Shown: positions 51,110-64,000 of the stretch, one piece after another
How the letters are laid out: each line of letters starts with the position of its first letter
How positions within the stretch are numbered: the stretch's first letter is position 1
Notes under the pieces: generated by a model
Database searches by the model: none
The model's input: only the letters and a program-made list of their open reading frames with translations
Told to the model about the DNA's origin: nothing
Assembly: GCA_039096225.1 (NCBI GenBank)
Contig: JBBPEB010000005.1
Location: 372,001-436,000, forward strand
Direction: 5' to 3'
Origin: Blastocystis sp. Blastoise
Taxonomy: Eukaryota; Protista; Bigyra: Opalinata
Length of the DNA: 64,000 nucleotides
Position numbers and translations under genes: made by a program

Positions 51110-54100
51110 ATGAAATACTTATTATTCTTAGCTCTTTTGATTATTTCAAGTATGATTCATTCTTTTTATAAATTCATATTATTTTAACATTTATTTATAT
51201 ATAGGTTTTGCTTGTGAGAGCAATGAGATTGAATTAACTATATTTAAGCATTATACAATTTATGCAGGTGAAGAATCTTTCGATCTATGGAATGGTGCTG
51301 TTGATACTGGTACTAAACTCTTAGGTGTCACTGCTACTTCTTCTGATGGTTATACTGATCAAACTTGGACTGTTTGTTCTACTTCTGGTCTTCATACTCT
51401 TGTTCTTATCGATAGTTATGGTGATGGTTGGGGTAGTTCATATTATACAACATATATGACTGTAAGTATGGGTGGCCTTGAAATTGGAAGATTTACAATG
51501 CCTTATCAATCTGGTCAATCTTATAAGACTGATACAAAGACTTTTACTCGTATATAAATAATTATGATACATATATATACTATATATTAATTTAATTACA
51601 ATACATATATATATAATACATATTAATTTAATTATGATGCATATATATAATATTATTTATTTTTATTCTATAGCTACTCTTGATGTTCCTTTTGGTGGTT
51701 CATGGAAATATTCTGATGTAAGTCAATCAGGTACTGGTTGGGCTGCTTCTACTTATTCAGATAGTAGTTGGTCAACTGCTACTGGTGCTTCATTCCCTGC
51801 TTTTACTGCTACTACTCGTTATTATCGTACTACAAGAACTATTAGTAGTCGTGATTCTTTTGCTTCTATTATGAATAGTGTTAAAACTGGTGAAGGTGTT
51901 GCTGTATATATTCAAGGTGTTGAAGTTTATAGATATAAACTTCCTACTGGTACTTTAACAGGTCAAACTGTTTCTACTTCTGTTACTGATAGTACAATTG
52001 TAAATAAAGTATTCTCTTATAATAAATTCTTACTTCCTACAAGTGGCAGTTATACTATTGCTATTGAAATTCATCAATATACTGCTGGTGCTACTGGTAA
52101 TGATATCTTTGATTTTGGTGCTGTACTTAGTAGTCCTACTACTATTGGAGAATGCTCTTCAAATTTATTTAGAAATGGTGTAGCTACTGCTTCTGTTGAC
52201 AGTGCTTCTGCTTCTTCTTATGGTCCTAATAAAGTATTTGATGGTGATAGTGGTTCTTATTATTATACTACTGGTGGTAGTGCTGTTACTTTTACTTTTA
52301 CTTTTAATAATGGTAAATCAGTTTGGGCTAATTCTTATATGATAGTATCTGCTGGTACTACTAGTTATGGCCATCCTTCTAGTTGGAAAGTATATGGTTC
52401 TCAAGATGGTAATACTTGGGATTTCTTAGATACTAGAGAAAATATTATCTTTAGTACTACTCGTGAAGCTAAACAATTTTATCTTCGTTCTAATGAGAAA
52501 TCTTATGGTTATTGGAAACTTGAAGTATTAACTAGTACTGTTTCTGGTAAATTAGCTGTTGGTCGTTTTGATATTCTTAATTGTAATTATGCTTCTTTAC
52601 TTACTGGTTTACAATATGAACAAAATTCTTATTCTTATTATGCTAATATTGATACTCTTTCTATTGCTCCTGTATCAAATGCTTATATTACTTATACTGT
52701 TTCACCTGCTTTACCTACTGGTCTTTCTCTTTCTGCTACTACTGGTGTAATTTCTGGTATGGCTACAGCAGCTGGTACTGGAACTTATACTATTAGTGCT
52801 GTTAAATATGGTACTTCTGAAACATCTACTTTTGCTATTACTTTTACTTTTAATTCTTGTGGTGCTCCTTCTTCAACTCAAGTTCGTTTTAGAAAAGTAA
52901 GTACAAACTATGCTACTGAAGAATCTTGGGTAGTTAAGAATAGTGCTGGTACTACTGTATATACTTCTCCTACTCTAACTAGTAATTCTGAACAAAGTTT
53001 TATTGTATGTCTTCCTGCTGCTGTATATGATATTACAGTAGCTGATAGTTATGGTGATGGTTGGTCAAGTGGTGCTATGTTATATATAGAATATTTTGAT
53101 TATGAAGGTAGTTATTATACAGCTGGTGCTCTTTATGAATATAAATCTGTTGATAATACTTATACATTTGATATGAGTTATGTTGTTCCTCCTGCTTCTA
53201 CTTCATGGACTTATATTCAAGGAAGTGTTCCTTCACAATGGTATAGTCAACTTAGTTCTGGAACAGGATTCTCTAGTTTCCCTATTGCTTCTCCTCCTAC
53301 AGCTACTTCAACTATTTGGTTATTTAGACATACATTTAGTGTAAGTTCACTTAGTGCTTGTACTTCAGCTGAAGTTCGTGTTAAAGCAAGAGCTGGTTAT
53401 AAGATATATGTAAATGATTATCTTGTATATTCTAAGAATCTTCCTTCTTCTGATATTACTACAACAACAACTGCTACTGGTGGTGATGCTACTTCTACAT
53501 TCCGTTATATTACAATTGCTGCAACAAATCTCGTTGAAGGATCTAATATTTTAGCTATTGGTATAGTTAATTTAGCTGGTAATAATCCTACTACATTATT
53601 ATTTGATGCTTCTATTCAATTAATTCGACCAAATAAATTAGGTAGAAATTGGGGTTTAACTTTAAGTGATAGTCCTTCTGGTTCTTATAGTGTTAGTAAT
53701 TTAATAGATATGGATTATAGTACTTATTGGAAAGTAGCTCCTGCTTCTCTTGCTTCTGCTTCTGTTACTTTTGCTTATGCTACTGGAAGAGCTGAATTTG
53801 TAAATAAATATTGTGTTGTTTCTTCTTCTTTAGTATATGCTAAAGATCCTTCTGATTGGGCTGTTTATGGTAGTAATGATGTAGGTGTTAGTTGGACATT
53901 ATTAGGTAATGTTACAAATGCTTATTTTTCTGATAGAAAGACTGAAAGATGTTTTTATTTACCAGAAAATGCTGATTCTTGGAATCAATATAAATTTTTA
54001 TTTACTGAACCTGCTGTTCCTTCTGCTGATCCTTATGAATTTGCTATAGCTGAAATGACATTAAGTGCTATAAATTTAAATACTATTCAAGTTCCTGCTC

Positions 54101-56223
54101 TTTCTTTTTCTTCTACTACATTTACTGGTTATGTAGGTGTTCCATTCCCTGAAGTAACTCCTTCTTCTTCTCTTTGGGGTAATTTTGGTATACGTCCTGC
54201 TCTTTCTCTTCCATTAGAAATTGATACATCTACTGGTTCTATTCGTGGTACTCCTAATACTGTTATTCCTTCTAGTACTTATGTAATAACTGCTTATGAT
54301 CCATTAGGTATGCAAGGAACAGCTATGATAACTCTTTCTGTTTCTTTATGTCAAGCTCCTAAGATTCTCTTTAGTGTTTTAATTCATTCTGGTACTGCTG
54401 GTAATGAACAAGGATTTACTTTATATAATAAGAATGGTGTTCAATTAATGACTAAGACTGGTTTTACTAATGGTCAAGATAGTTATTTCCCTTTCTGTGA
54501 AGATGCTGATGTATATTCATTAAAGGTTACTGATAGTGGTGGTGATGGTTGGGATACTGGTTATTTCAGAATTCTTTTAGAAGATAATTCTCTTATTCTT
54601 GGTGGTTCTCTTGGTAATGGTGAATCTGAAAAGACTTTCCCTATTTCCGTTGGTTATGTTATTCCTCCTGTTAATACCGAATGGAAATATCTTAATAGTG
54701 GATCTGCTGCTAGTTCTGGTTGGAATACTGTTAGTTTCTCTGATACTACATGGAAACAAGCTATGCCTTCTGCTTTTGAATCTGCTGTAGGTAATACTCA
54801 ATATTTTAGAAAGACTTTTACAATTAGTTCACTTGATAGTTATGCTTCTGCTGTATTTAATATAAAAACAAAATATGGTATTGTAGTATATATAAATGGT
54901 GAAGAACAATATAGATATAATATGCCAACAGGTACTGTTTCTTATAATACTTATGCTTCTTCTGAGAAGAGTGAATCAAGTTATGTTGGTTCATCTATGT
55001 CAATTTCCTTTGGTAATATAATAAATGGTAATAATGTTTTAGCTATAGAAGTTCATAGAACTGCTAGTAGTACAAGTACTGTTATAGATTTTGATGCTAA
55101 TTTATTAGTAACTGCTGAGAATAGTTATAGAGTAATTGATGGTGTTGGTTCTAGTGATGATACAAGTGATGATAGTTTAGTAACTAATGCTTTTGATAAT
55201 ATTTTAGGTTCAGTATATGTATCTTCTCTTCCTCGTTGTTCTGGTGCTACTCCTACTTGGACTTATAATAATGATAGAAAAGAATATATTTCATCTTATA
55301 CTGTAGTTACTGGTCCTAAATGTAATACAAGACATCCTTCTGATTGGGAATTCCAAGGTTCTAATGATGGTGTAAATTGGTCAACATTAAATAGAGTAGA
55401 AACAAAGAAATTTACTTCTTATAGTGAAAGTTATACAGTTGATTTCTTTAATAATAAAGTATATAATTCTTATAGAATGAAAGTAACTGGTTGTACAAAT
55501 AGTGCTATTTCATCATCAACTTCTTATGAAGGTACTACATGTGATGTTACTAGTGCTGGTCAAGGTTTCCAAATAGCAGAATTAGGTTTATATACAAAGA
55601 GAATTACAGCTGCTTGTCAACCTGATGAAGCTAATGGATGGGGTGGTGCTTTAAATGGTGATTATGCTTATAAGAATTGTCCTAGTTATTATCAAGGTAG
55701 AATACAAGCTTTATGTACTAATAGTGTAAAAGGAAGTGAAGAGAAATATTGTACAGTAATGGCTCCTCAAAGAATTCGTTATAGTACAAAGATGATGAAT
55801 GTATATAAAGGTGTTGCTTTCTCTTATGTTCCTCAAGTATCTGCTGCTGAATATACTTGTTCTGCTGATGCTACTTTACCTAATGGTATTTCTCTTGATA
55901 GTGCTACTGGTACTATTTCAGGTACTGCTAGTGAAATCTTTGCTTCTACTACTTTTGTTATTACTTGTACAAATACTGCTGGTTCTACTAATACTGAAGT
56001 CTATATTTCCTCTACTGAGAAACCTGGTCTTCCTATCTATGCTTGGATTATTATTGGTATTTTAGCTGTTATTATTCTTGGTGTTGTTATTCTTTGTATT
56101 CTTAATAGAACTAAATCACGTAAGAATAAAGGACATTCTAATCTTGATAAGAAGATTTCTACTAAAGGAAAGTCTGCTAGTAAGAAAGGTGATAATAATG
56201 CTGCTAAGACTGTTAAAGTTTAA
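51110..56223 (+). CDS. Type I membrane surface protein (~1650 aa) with three modules of [DSxGDGW domain - WxY galactose-binding-like - F5/8C discoidin-like - He_PIG Ig-like]
   Basis: Signal peptide MKYLLFLALLIISSFA across intron 1, and two 5' introns. Repeated DS(Y/G)GDGW, PSxWxxxGSxDG..W and LPxG(L/I)SLxxxTGxISG motifs. TM helix LPIYAWIIIGILAVIILGVVILCIL followed by a basic tail. Confidence 0.88.
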
Positions 56224-56509
56224 AAGAAAATTCTTTTCTTTATTTTTTCTTATATTTTTAATATAGATAATCTAGTTTAATTTTTTTTTTATTGTTGCTA
56301 TTGTATGCATATAAATATATAAATGAATAATAATATAATATATATATAGATTATATAATATAATTATTAAATGTTTCTTTAATGTTTTTTTATAAAAATA
56401 TATAAAATAAATATTAGTTGTTTTGTTATATAAATAAAATGATTATTAAAGAAAAACAATTAACATATAAACCCAATAATAAATAATATTAAAAGAAAGA
56501 AAGAATAAA

Positions 56510-58214
56510 TTATAATTTATTGATTTTTTTATTAAGATGATCTTTAATTCTACGTAATGTATCTTCAAAATGATTTTTTGGACGTATAAATATAGTTTTT
56601 CCTTCTTCTTTAGCAAATTCAGTCATTAGTTCTTGTTGACGAGTAGTTAAAGATCTAATATAGAAATATAATAAATATAAATAAAAATATAATAATATAT
56701 ATATATATACTTTGGTATTTTAACATCAAATTGAAGTATTTGATCTCCTTGTTGTTTTGTTTTACTATTATATATACCTTGTCCTCTTAATCTTAATTTA
56801 GTATTACATTGTGTACCTTGAGGTACTTTAACTTCTACTTGTCCTTTAATAGTAGGTACTTGAATATGAGTACCTAAGACAGCTTCAGATAAACTTAAAG
56901 GAACTGAACAAATAATATTATTTCCTTCTCTTGAAAAGAATGGATCAGGAATAGTTTGTATATGTAAATATAAATGTCCTTTAGGTCCTCCTAATATACC
57001 TATATTTCCTTGTCCTATTAATCGAATACGTTCTCCATTTTCTACACCTGAAGGAATACTTACAGATAATGTTGTATTCTTTGTAGACTATATATATATA
57101 TTATATATTATATATTATATATTATATATTATATAGTATATATTATATAGTATATCATATATATATACTTGACCTGTTCCTTGACATATCTTACATATAT
57201 CTTTAAAAATAGATCCTTTTCCTCCACATTGAGGACAAGTAGTTTGCATCATACCCATAAAGGGATTATTAATAGTAGTATATCCTGTTCCTCGACATTG
57301 TGGACATTGAGATTGTTTACTTCCTGGTTCATGACCTGTTGAATTACAATGAGGACAAGCTACTAATTTAGAATATTGTATATCTTTTTGACATCCATGA
57401 ACACTTTCTAAGAATGGAATACGTATATTTAATTGTATATCTTCTCCTTCTTGAGATTCATATACTGTATTCATTCCACGATTCGATCCATATCGACTTC
57501 CACGATGACTAAACTCACCATTAAACATACTACTAAAATGACGTAATAATTCATCCATATCGACATTAGAAGCAGTAAAATTAGGATTTTCTTCAGTTGT
57601 TCCAAAAGTATCATATTTCTTACGTTTCTCTTCATTTCCTAATATTTCATAAGCTTCACTAACATCTACAAATTTCTGTTTTGCATCAGGATCCTATTAT
57701 AATATAATTAATATAATATTATTTAATTAAAAAAAAAAAAATTTTTTTTTTTAATTACTTTATTTGTATCAGGATGATATTTCTTTGCTAATTCAAAATA
57801 TTTCTTTTTTATTTGAGCTTTTGTTGCATCACGAGAAACACCTAATATCTATATATTTATATAACAATTAAATATATTTAATATAATAAATAAATATATT
57901 TATATAATAAATAAATAAATAAATAAATAAAAAATAAATTTAAATACAGAATAATAATCTTTTGCCAATGGTGTTGATGTAGAATGATAAGAAGAAACAA
58001 ATAATATAGGAATAACCTAATGAATAAAATAACAATTTCTAATTATTTAAATAAAATAGAAATATACATTATTGTACGTTTTTTTATTATTATATGATAC
58101 TAAATAACTTGGATTAACAACAAAACTTCTTGTATTTATTGTTGACGTGAATAATGAAAGACAAGGTTTTGATAATTTAATAAGATTTCTAGAACTACGA
58201 AGTAAATTATTCAT
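56510..58214 (-). CDS. Class A DnaJ/Hsp40, mitochondrial-type (Mdj1/DNAJA3-like)
   Basis: Presequence-like [23 protein letters not shown] domain (KDYYS|ILGVSR...KKYHPD), four CxxCxGxG-type repeats, C-terminal GHLYLHI...PFFSREGNN. Confidence 0.9.
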
Positions 58215-58843
58215 AAATAAATAAAAATGAATAAATGAATAAATAAATAAATAATGAAATAAGAGATTATAAAAATTGAATGAAAGAAATAAAAAACATG
58301 AATATTGATAAGAATATAGTCAATTTTTTGAATTCTTTTGTGAATAATAATTGTTTGTTTAAAAAAGAAAAAAAGAAAAACTAGAATATTCCAAAGAATT
58401 TGATAATTCTTGAAAATATTAATTATTAGAGTATAAAGAATAAATAAATCGTGATTGAGAACAAAGAACAACAATGGTTTCTCTTCATTTCTCTTTTTCT
58501 TTTCTTTAATCATTTTTCTATATATTATTCTTTGACTTTTTCTTTTGATTTTCTTAACAATTTGATATTTTGATTGATAAAGAAACTTTATTAATATTCA
58601 GATTATATCAGATTAAACTGATTTCTATTCATTATTCTTTAAAGAAACTGTCTTTATTTTCTTTTTTTATAAATATATATTAAAAAAAGAAAAGTAAAAT
58701 AAGAATTATAATATAATGAATTAGAATATAATATATATCGAATATTCTTCTCAATAATTCGTTTTTTCTTTCAGATAAATAGAATAGCATAAAAAAAAGA
58801 ACAACGAATCTTTTTCCCCATAAATATTTCTATTATATTAATA

Positions 58844-61800
58844 TCCTTAATTTAGTTCTGCAAAAGTACGGTGTCTCACACAATTTCACATTTATTGACT
58901 TTGTTATTAACTTTTATAAAATAAAAATAACATCAAAAAATCCGGAACACAATTCTAAAAATGACTGTTAAAGAAATTTTTCGAAAACTCTAAATTTCTG
59001 GCTAAAAAACGCAAAAAACCATTTTCGCACAAAATTTTAACCAAAATTATTGGATTATTTTTATTTTATCCAATATTTTTCATTTTTATAAAAACACACA
59101 TTTTTCTATTTTCATTTTTTATTGTTTTCTTATTTTTGCTATATCACTTCACATACTCTATATTTATTTTTATAAAATTGACTTTTATTGACGGGTTGGT
59201 CTTATAAATAGTTTTGACGGGTAAATTTGTTTATATTAAGAACTTGACAACATATCAATACACACATCACTAACTATAAACTCTAAAAACATTTCATATG
59301 CAATGATACTGACCTCAACTACTCTAAAACCACAATAATTCCTTTAAATAACGACAAAAGACAAACTGATATCCGACACATTCCTTCTTTATAAACTTAT
59401 TTGAGTTTATTCAAGTGATTTTGAATCAATACATGTCAGAAATATGTCTTTTAGTTGTTTAAAAAGTTTTCATAAGAAAATATTTGATAATAGAAATTTT
59501 GATGTTTTGATAGTATAGTTTGTTATTCGTCTTTCTCCTTGAGTTTTGGGTATTTTTTAAAAATAAAAGTATAGTCATAATTAAGATAAGCTATTGCAGA
59601 TACATATTTTTTATTTTATCTAAATATTTAATATTGACTGAAAAATATTCATATATATGAAAAACATAAAAATGAAAATTTTCAAAAAAGGGTATAGTTT
59701 GTTATTGTGATTTCTCAGTCAATATTTAATAAAATATTTGAGTTAAAGTATATTTATAATTTAGACAACTCATAGCAGATACATGTTTTTCATTTTTTTA
59801 ATTAATTGAAAACTCAGGTCACAAGAGTCAATAGTTGAACGTAATAAATAAATGACTTTTGAAATTTTTCTTAAAAATTTTTCATTTGTTTTTTGTTTAT
59901 ACTCTCATCAATAATTAATATATTTGACATTTGACTATATATTTAAAAACTACATATCAAAATAAACATATTTTATTATTTTTTATGGTTTTTAAAAGAC
60001 TTTGATAGCAGATCACCAGACAATGTTAACTCAATAAACTCTAAAAACGTTTTAATTAGTGTTTAGAATGATTTATAGACATTGTACGTGACTTATTTGA
60101 AAAAGTTAAGACAGCATGTTGAACTGATACAGACAATGTTTGTTTTAAAAAGTCAGTTATGAGTCATTATGAGTTGTAAATATCATAAATAAGCTATAAA
60201 TAAATAAATATGCTTTTATTAGTCTTTAATTAGTGAAATAAATCGTTTAAAAAAAGAAAACATTTTTGATACTATAGTTTGTTTTGACAATTTCTCCATC
60301 AATATTAATTTTTAAAAAATAAATAAAACTTATTTATAAACTAGACAACCTATAGTTTATAAATTTATAAAAATATTATCAAAATATAAAATAACTTTTG
60401 AGATAAAAAATTATATATGCAAAACATAAAAATTATTTTTTTTGAAAAAAGGGTATAGTTTATCGTTTTAATTTCTCAGTCAATATTTTATTATTTATTA
60501 TAATTTTAACAAATAAATATAGAGAATAATATATATTAATAATATAATTTTTAATATTTGAAATTAATTAAAAAATGAGTTCAGTAGAGTCAATAGTGTA
60601 ACATGTTAAAAAACTGAAAATTGAAAAATCATTTTTCTAAAAATTTTCCGAAAGTTGACAAATCAAATTCATATTTGACAATTAATTTTTACATATTTGA
60701 ATACTAGACCTTATATGTATTGCATTTCTCAAAAAAATGGTCAAAAATAAGTTAGACGAGTGTATGAGTATATGCACATGTTGACTCATAATTTTGTAAA
60801 AAGTAGTTAAATGTGTCCTAAATCACATATTAGGACAATTCTGAAAATATTATCACTCTATAATGAATTTAAAGGGTAAAATAATTTTGAATTGTCTTTT
60901 TGACTGTCTTAAGTGAAGAGATTCAAGACAACTTTTGTAATAATGAGTATTAGAGTGTTTAATGTTTACAATAATAAAAGAATTGTTTGAAATAAAGGTG
61001 GTTGTGTGTTTGACCAAAATGTTAAAATGAGTCTATTTTTTAAAAATGGTTGTAATAAGTATGTATAGAGTGTTTTTAGAGTGTTTTATATTAAAATCTA
61101 CAATAAATAAATATTTTAAGTTGTTTAAAAAATTATTTTTTTAGAATTACAATAGTTAAGTCAAGAGATTCAAGTCACTTTTTATTAAAATAATAAATAG
61201 AGTCATAATAGAATATAAAATATTAAGAATTGATTTAATTAAGTTTGGTTGACTGTTTGATAGGAATGTTAAAATGGGTAAAAAGATTTTAATTGTTTCT
61301 AAAACAGTATAATACGTTTATTCTCCACTAAATACAAAATTATTATAGTTTAAAGAATATTGTTTGTCTTTCAAAAGAACTCATTTTTGTAATTGTGACT
61401 TAAAACAAAAGGGATTCAAATTATTTTTTATAAATAAATATAACAAATTAAATATATGTATATATTAGCATAAAATTAGTTAAAATAAAAGTGAGTATAT
61501 GTATTTAAAAACGTTCAGTCTTTTAGAGTTTTTTTATGATAACTTATTTGTTTTAGAAGCTATATTGTATGTATAATAGGTAAAGTTTCCAAAGTATTTA
61601 AATCTATTTAGTTATGAAATGAAATGTAATTTTTGTTTTATATTTTAGTTTTTATTTTTTATTTCTAGAATGATTTTGATAACACTATAAAAATTGAATT
61701 AAATTTGAATTAATTAATTTTAAATAATGAAAAGATAATTTCTCTATAAATATTCTCTTTTACTTAAAACGAATAGATTCTATTAATGATAAATATTAAA

Positions 61801-63094
61801 ATAAGACTCTAATTTTTTTGTTTATTATATAAAGTAATAAATATCTTTTAATTATTAAGAGTACTTTTGTATTAATAATTCAAACTAAAATAAGTATAAT
61901 AAAAAAAAATTATAATATTTATCAAATAATATCAAGATATGATTACTATTTATATAATTAAACATTTATTAATTGAGAAAAGCTGTATAATAAAATTTCT
62001 AAAATATTTATATAATAGTATATATAAAAGGAAAGGATAAAATATAAAAAAACAAATAGATATCAAAATTATAATATTTTAAAAATTAAACAAAACAATA
62101 TATGAAAAGAATATATAATGTTTTTTTTAGACAAGAGAATAAGCTATTTCTCACAATAATAATTATATAGACTAATTCAAATAAAACATAAATATTTAAA
62201 GGTAGGGTATAAGTGATAATAATATGTTTTAAAAGAAAAAGTATTTTATAATCATATTGATATTATTTAAAATACTAAATATTTATAAAACTAAATGAAT
62301 TGATAAAATACATAGAAAGTTATAAATGAAATAACAAAGAAAAGTGAATTAATATTGAAAACTAAAAACTAAATAGAAATAGAAATAGAAATAGAAATAG
62401 AAATAGAAATAGAAATAGAAATAGAAATAGAAATAGAAATAGAAATAGAAATAGAAATAGAAATAGAAATAGAAATAGAAATAGAAATAGAAATAGAAAT
62501 AGAAATAGAAATAGAAATAAAAATAGAAATAAAAATAAAAATAGAAATAGAAATAGAAATAGAAATAGAAATAGAAATAGAAATAGAAATAGAAATAGAA
62601 ATAGAAATAGAAATAGAAATAGAAATAGAAATAGAAATAGAAATAGAAATAGAAATAGAAATAGAAATAGAAATAGAAATAGAAATAGAAATAAGATCAA
62701 AAATAAAACACAAGAGTTAACTAATTATCATTGATAAACAATAAATATATATAATCAATAATAAAAATGGCTAAAAAGAATATTAAAAAAAAAGGAAATA
62801 ATACTCAAAAACATATAGAATGTTAAGTAAGAATTATCAATATGTATGAATTAAATTATTTAAAATACTAAATTGAAAATTAAGATTAGAAGATAACAAT
62901 TAAAAGCAATTGAAATAATATTTTATAAAATATGAAATAGTTTTAATCCTAAAAAAAAATAAAAACAGAAATGAATAACAAAAACATAAGAATAAATATT
63001 CATTTTTTAAAATTCAATGTAAGATATAACAATTGAGAGATAATAATTATCTAAACTCAAGCGTAGGCTGGCGTAGCCAGTCGTGAAACGCTTG
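58844..63094 (+). mobile_element. Probable non-autonomous Helitron (3' end clear, 5' end tentative)
   Basis: GC-rich hairpin GGCTGGC-GTA-GCCAGTC (63066-63082) lies 12 nt before the end of CTTG|T. Candidate A|TC start at 58844. Internal diverged tandem duplications (59500-59850 vs 60260-60610; 60900-61030 vs 61150-61280). Confidence 0.55.
62372..62692. repeat. (GAAATA)n hexanucleotide microsatellite
   Basis: Roughly 53 near-perfect units. Confidence 0.95.
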
Positions 63095-63182
63095 TATATT
63101 TAAAAAAAGTATATATATATTATTAAATATACTCTCTATTGAGTATATATAGATATTAAAATAATATAATAAATAAAAATAT

Positions 63183-64000
63183 ATGAATATATTAAAAGTA
63201 TATATTGATGATTCTTTGTTAATAATAATAAATAGACTATTACAAAACGATCAATAAAGAAATCAGTTCTAATTGGTATTGGAACGAGTACATTTTTAAG
63301 TTATCCTATGTATATGATTCATATAATGATATAATATGTATAAATAAATGAATATATAGTGTTCATTCTTGGAAGACACTTCATAATTATGAGATTCATC
63401 ATTTAAATAATATACCAATATGTAAAGAAAGATATCCTATTTGGATAAAGAATAGGAATGAAAAATATAGTTTTTCAATAATGAATTATTTAAGATGTTT
63501 AAAAGAACAAACGAAGAAAATTATAAAGATTCCATTTATAATAGATTATAAATCCTTAGGAAAGAGTATAGTTCGTTTTTCTCGAGTAGGAATATATAGT
63601 CCAATTTTATGTGGAGATTATATATGGACTTATTATGCATATATACCTCTATGTAAATATCTTAATACTTCAGATAATATTGAAGAGATAGAACATCGAT
63701 TGAATGAAAGAGAAAGTAGACGATTATGTAGTATTTTATTAAAGAATAAAGGATTATATGCGAAATTAGGACAAAGTATAAGTATTATGCCATCTGTATT
63801 TCCTCCTGAATATATTAATAATATGAAACCTTGTTTTCTTTCTTCTTCTTCTTCTAATTGTTCTTCTTCTTCTTATTCTATAAAGAAGATCTATAGAATA
63901 GTAGAAGAAGATATTCATCAGAATCCAAAAGATTTATTTAAATCATTTGATCCACAACCTATAGCTACAGCATCTATTTCACAAGTATATAAAGCAGTAC
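63183..64000 (+). CDS. ABC1/UbiB-family atypical kinase (ADCK1/5-like), runs off the right edge of the window
   Basis: LLKNKGLYAKLGQSISIMPSVFPPEY and FKSFDPQPIATASISQVYKA. Two short 5' introns join in frame to an ATG at 63183. Confidence 0.88.

Noticed and set aside
63057-63095. Hammerhead ribozyme suggested by stems plus GAAAC
   Set aside because: No CTGANGA core; a Helitron 3' end fits better.

Overview
Extremely AT-rich, intron-rich eukaryotic genomic DNA. Short GT-AG introns, a multi-module Ig/discoidin surface protein and TGTTTGTT-like 3' motifs suggest a Blastocystis-like stramenopile, but that is inference only. Host genes in order: sacsin-like (3'-truncated by the window, with an embedded UBA-like segment), a huge Asn-rich protein with a degenerate G-patch, a Maf-family pyrophosphatase that needs a U12-like AT-AA intron, PRMT1, a UFD1-domain/zinc-finger protein, PAAF1/Rpn14, a ~1650-aa surface protein, a mitochondrial-type DnaJ and an ABC1/ADCK kinase. 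About 45% of the window is large cargo-bearing transposons whose ends can be read in the sequence. (i) An 8.55-kb non-autonomous CACTA element (15-bp TIR, ATC TSD) carries a fully paired atypical tRNA-like cloverleaf and a spliced, apparently non-coding unit. (ii) A 16.2-kb hAT (Buster/Charlie-type) element (8-bp TSD ATTCCATA) carries its own transposase, two tRNA-derived heads, a chimeric pseudogenised UTP20 fragment interrupted by exons of another gene, and a probable decayed Ty3/gypsy pol. (iii) A probable non-autonomous Helitron lies in the DnaJ/ADCK divergent promoter. Exon boundaries and family calls were made by eye, and no searches were run.
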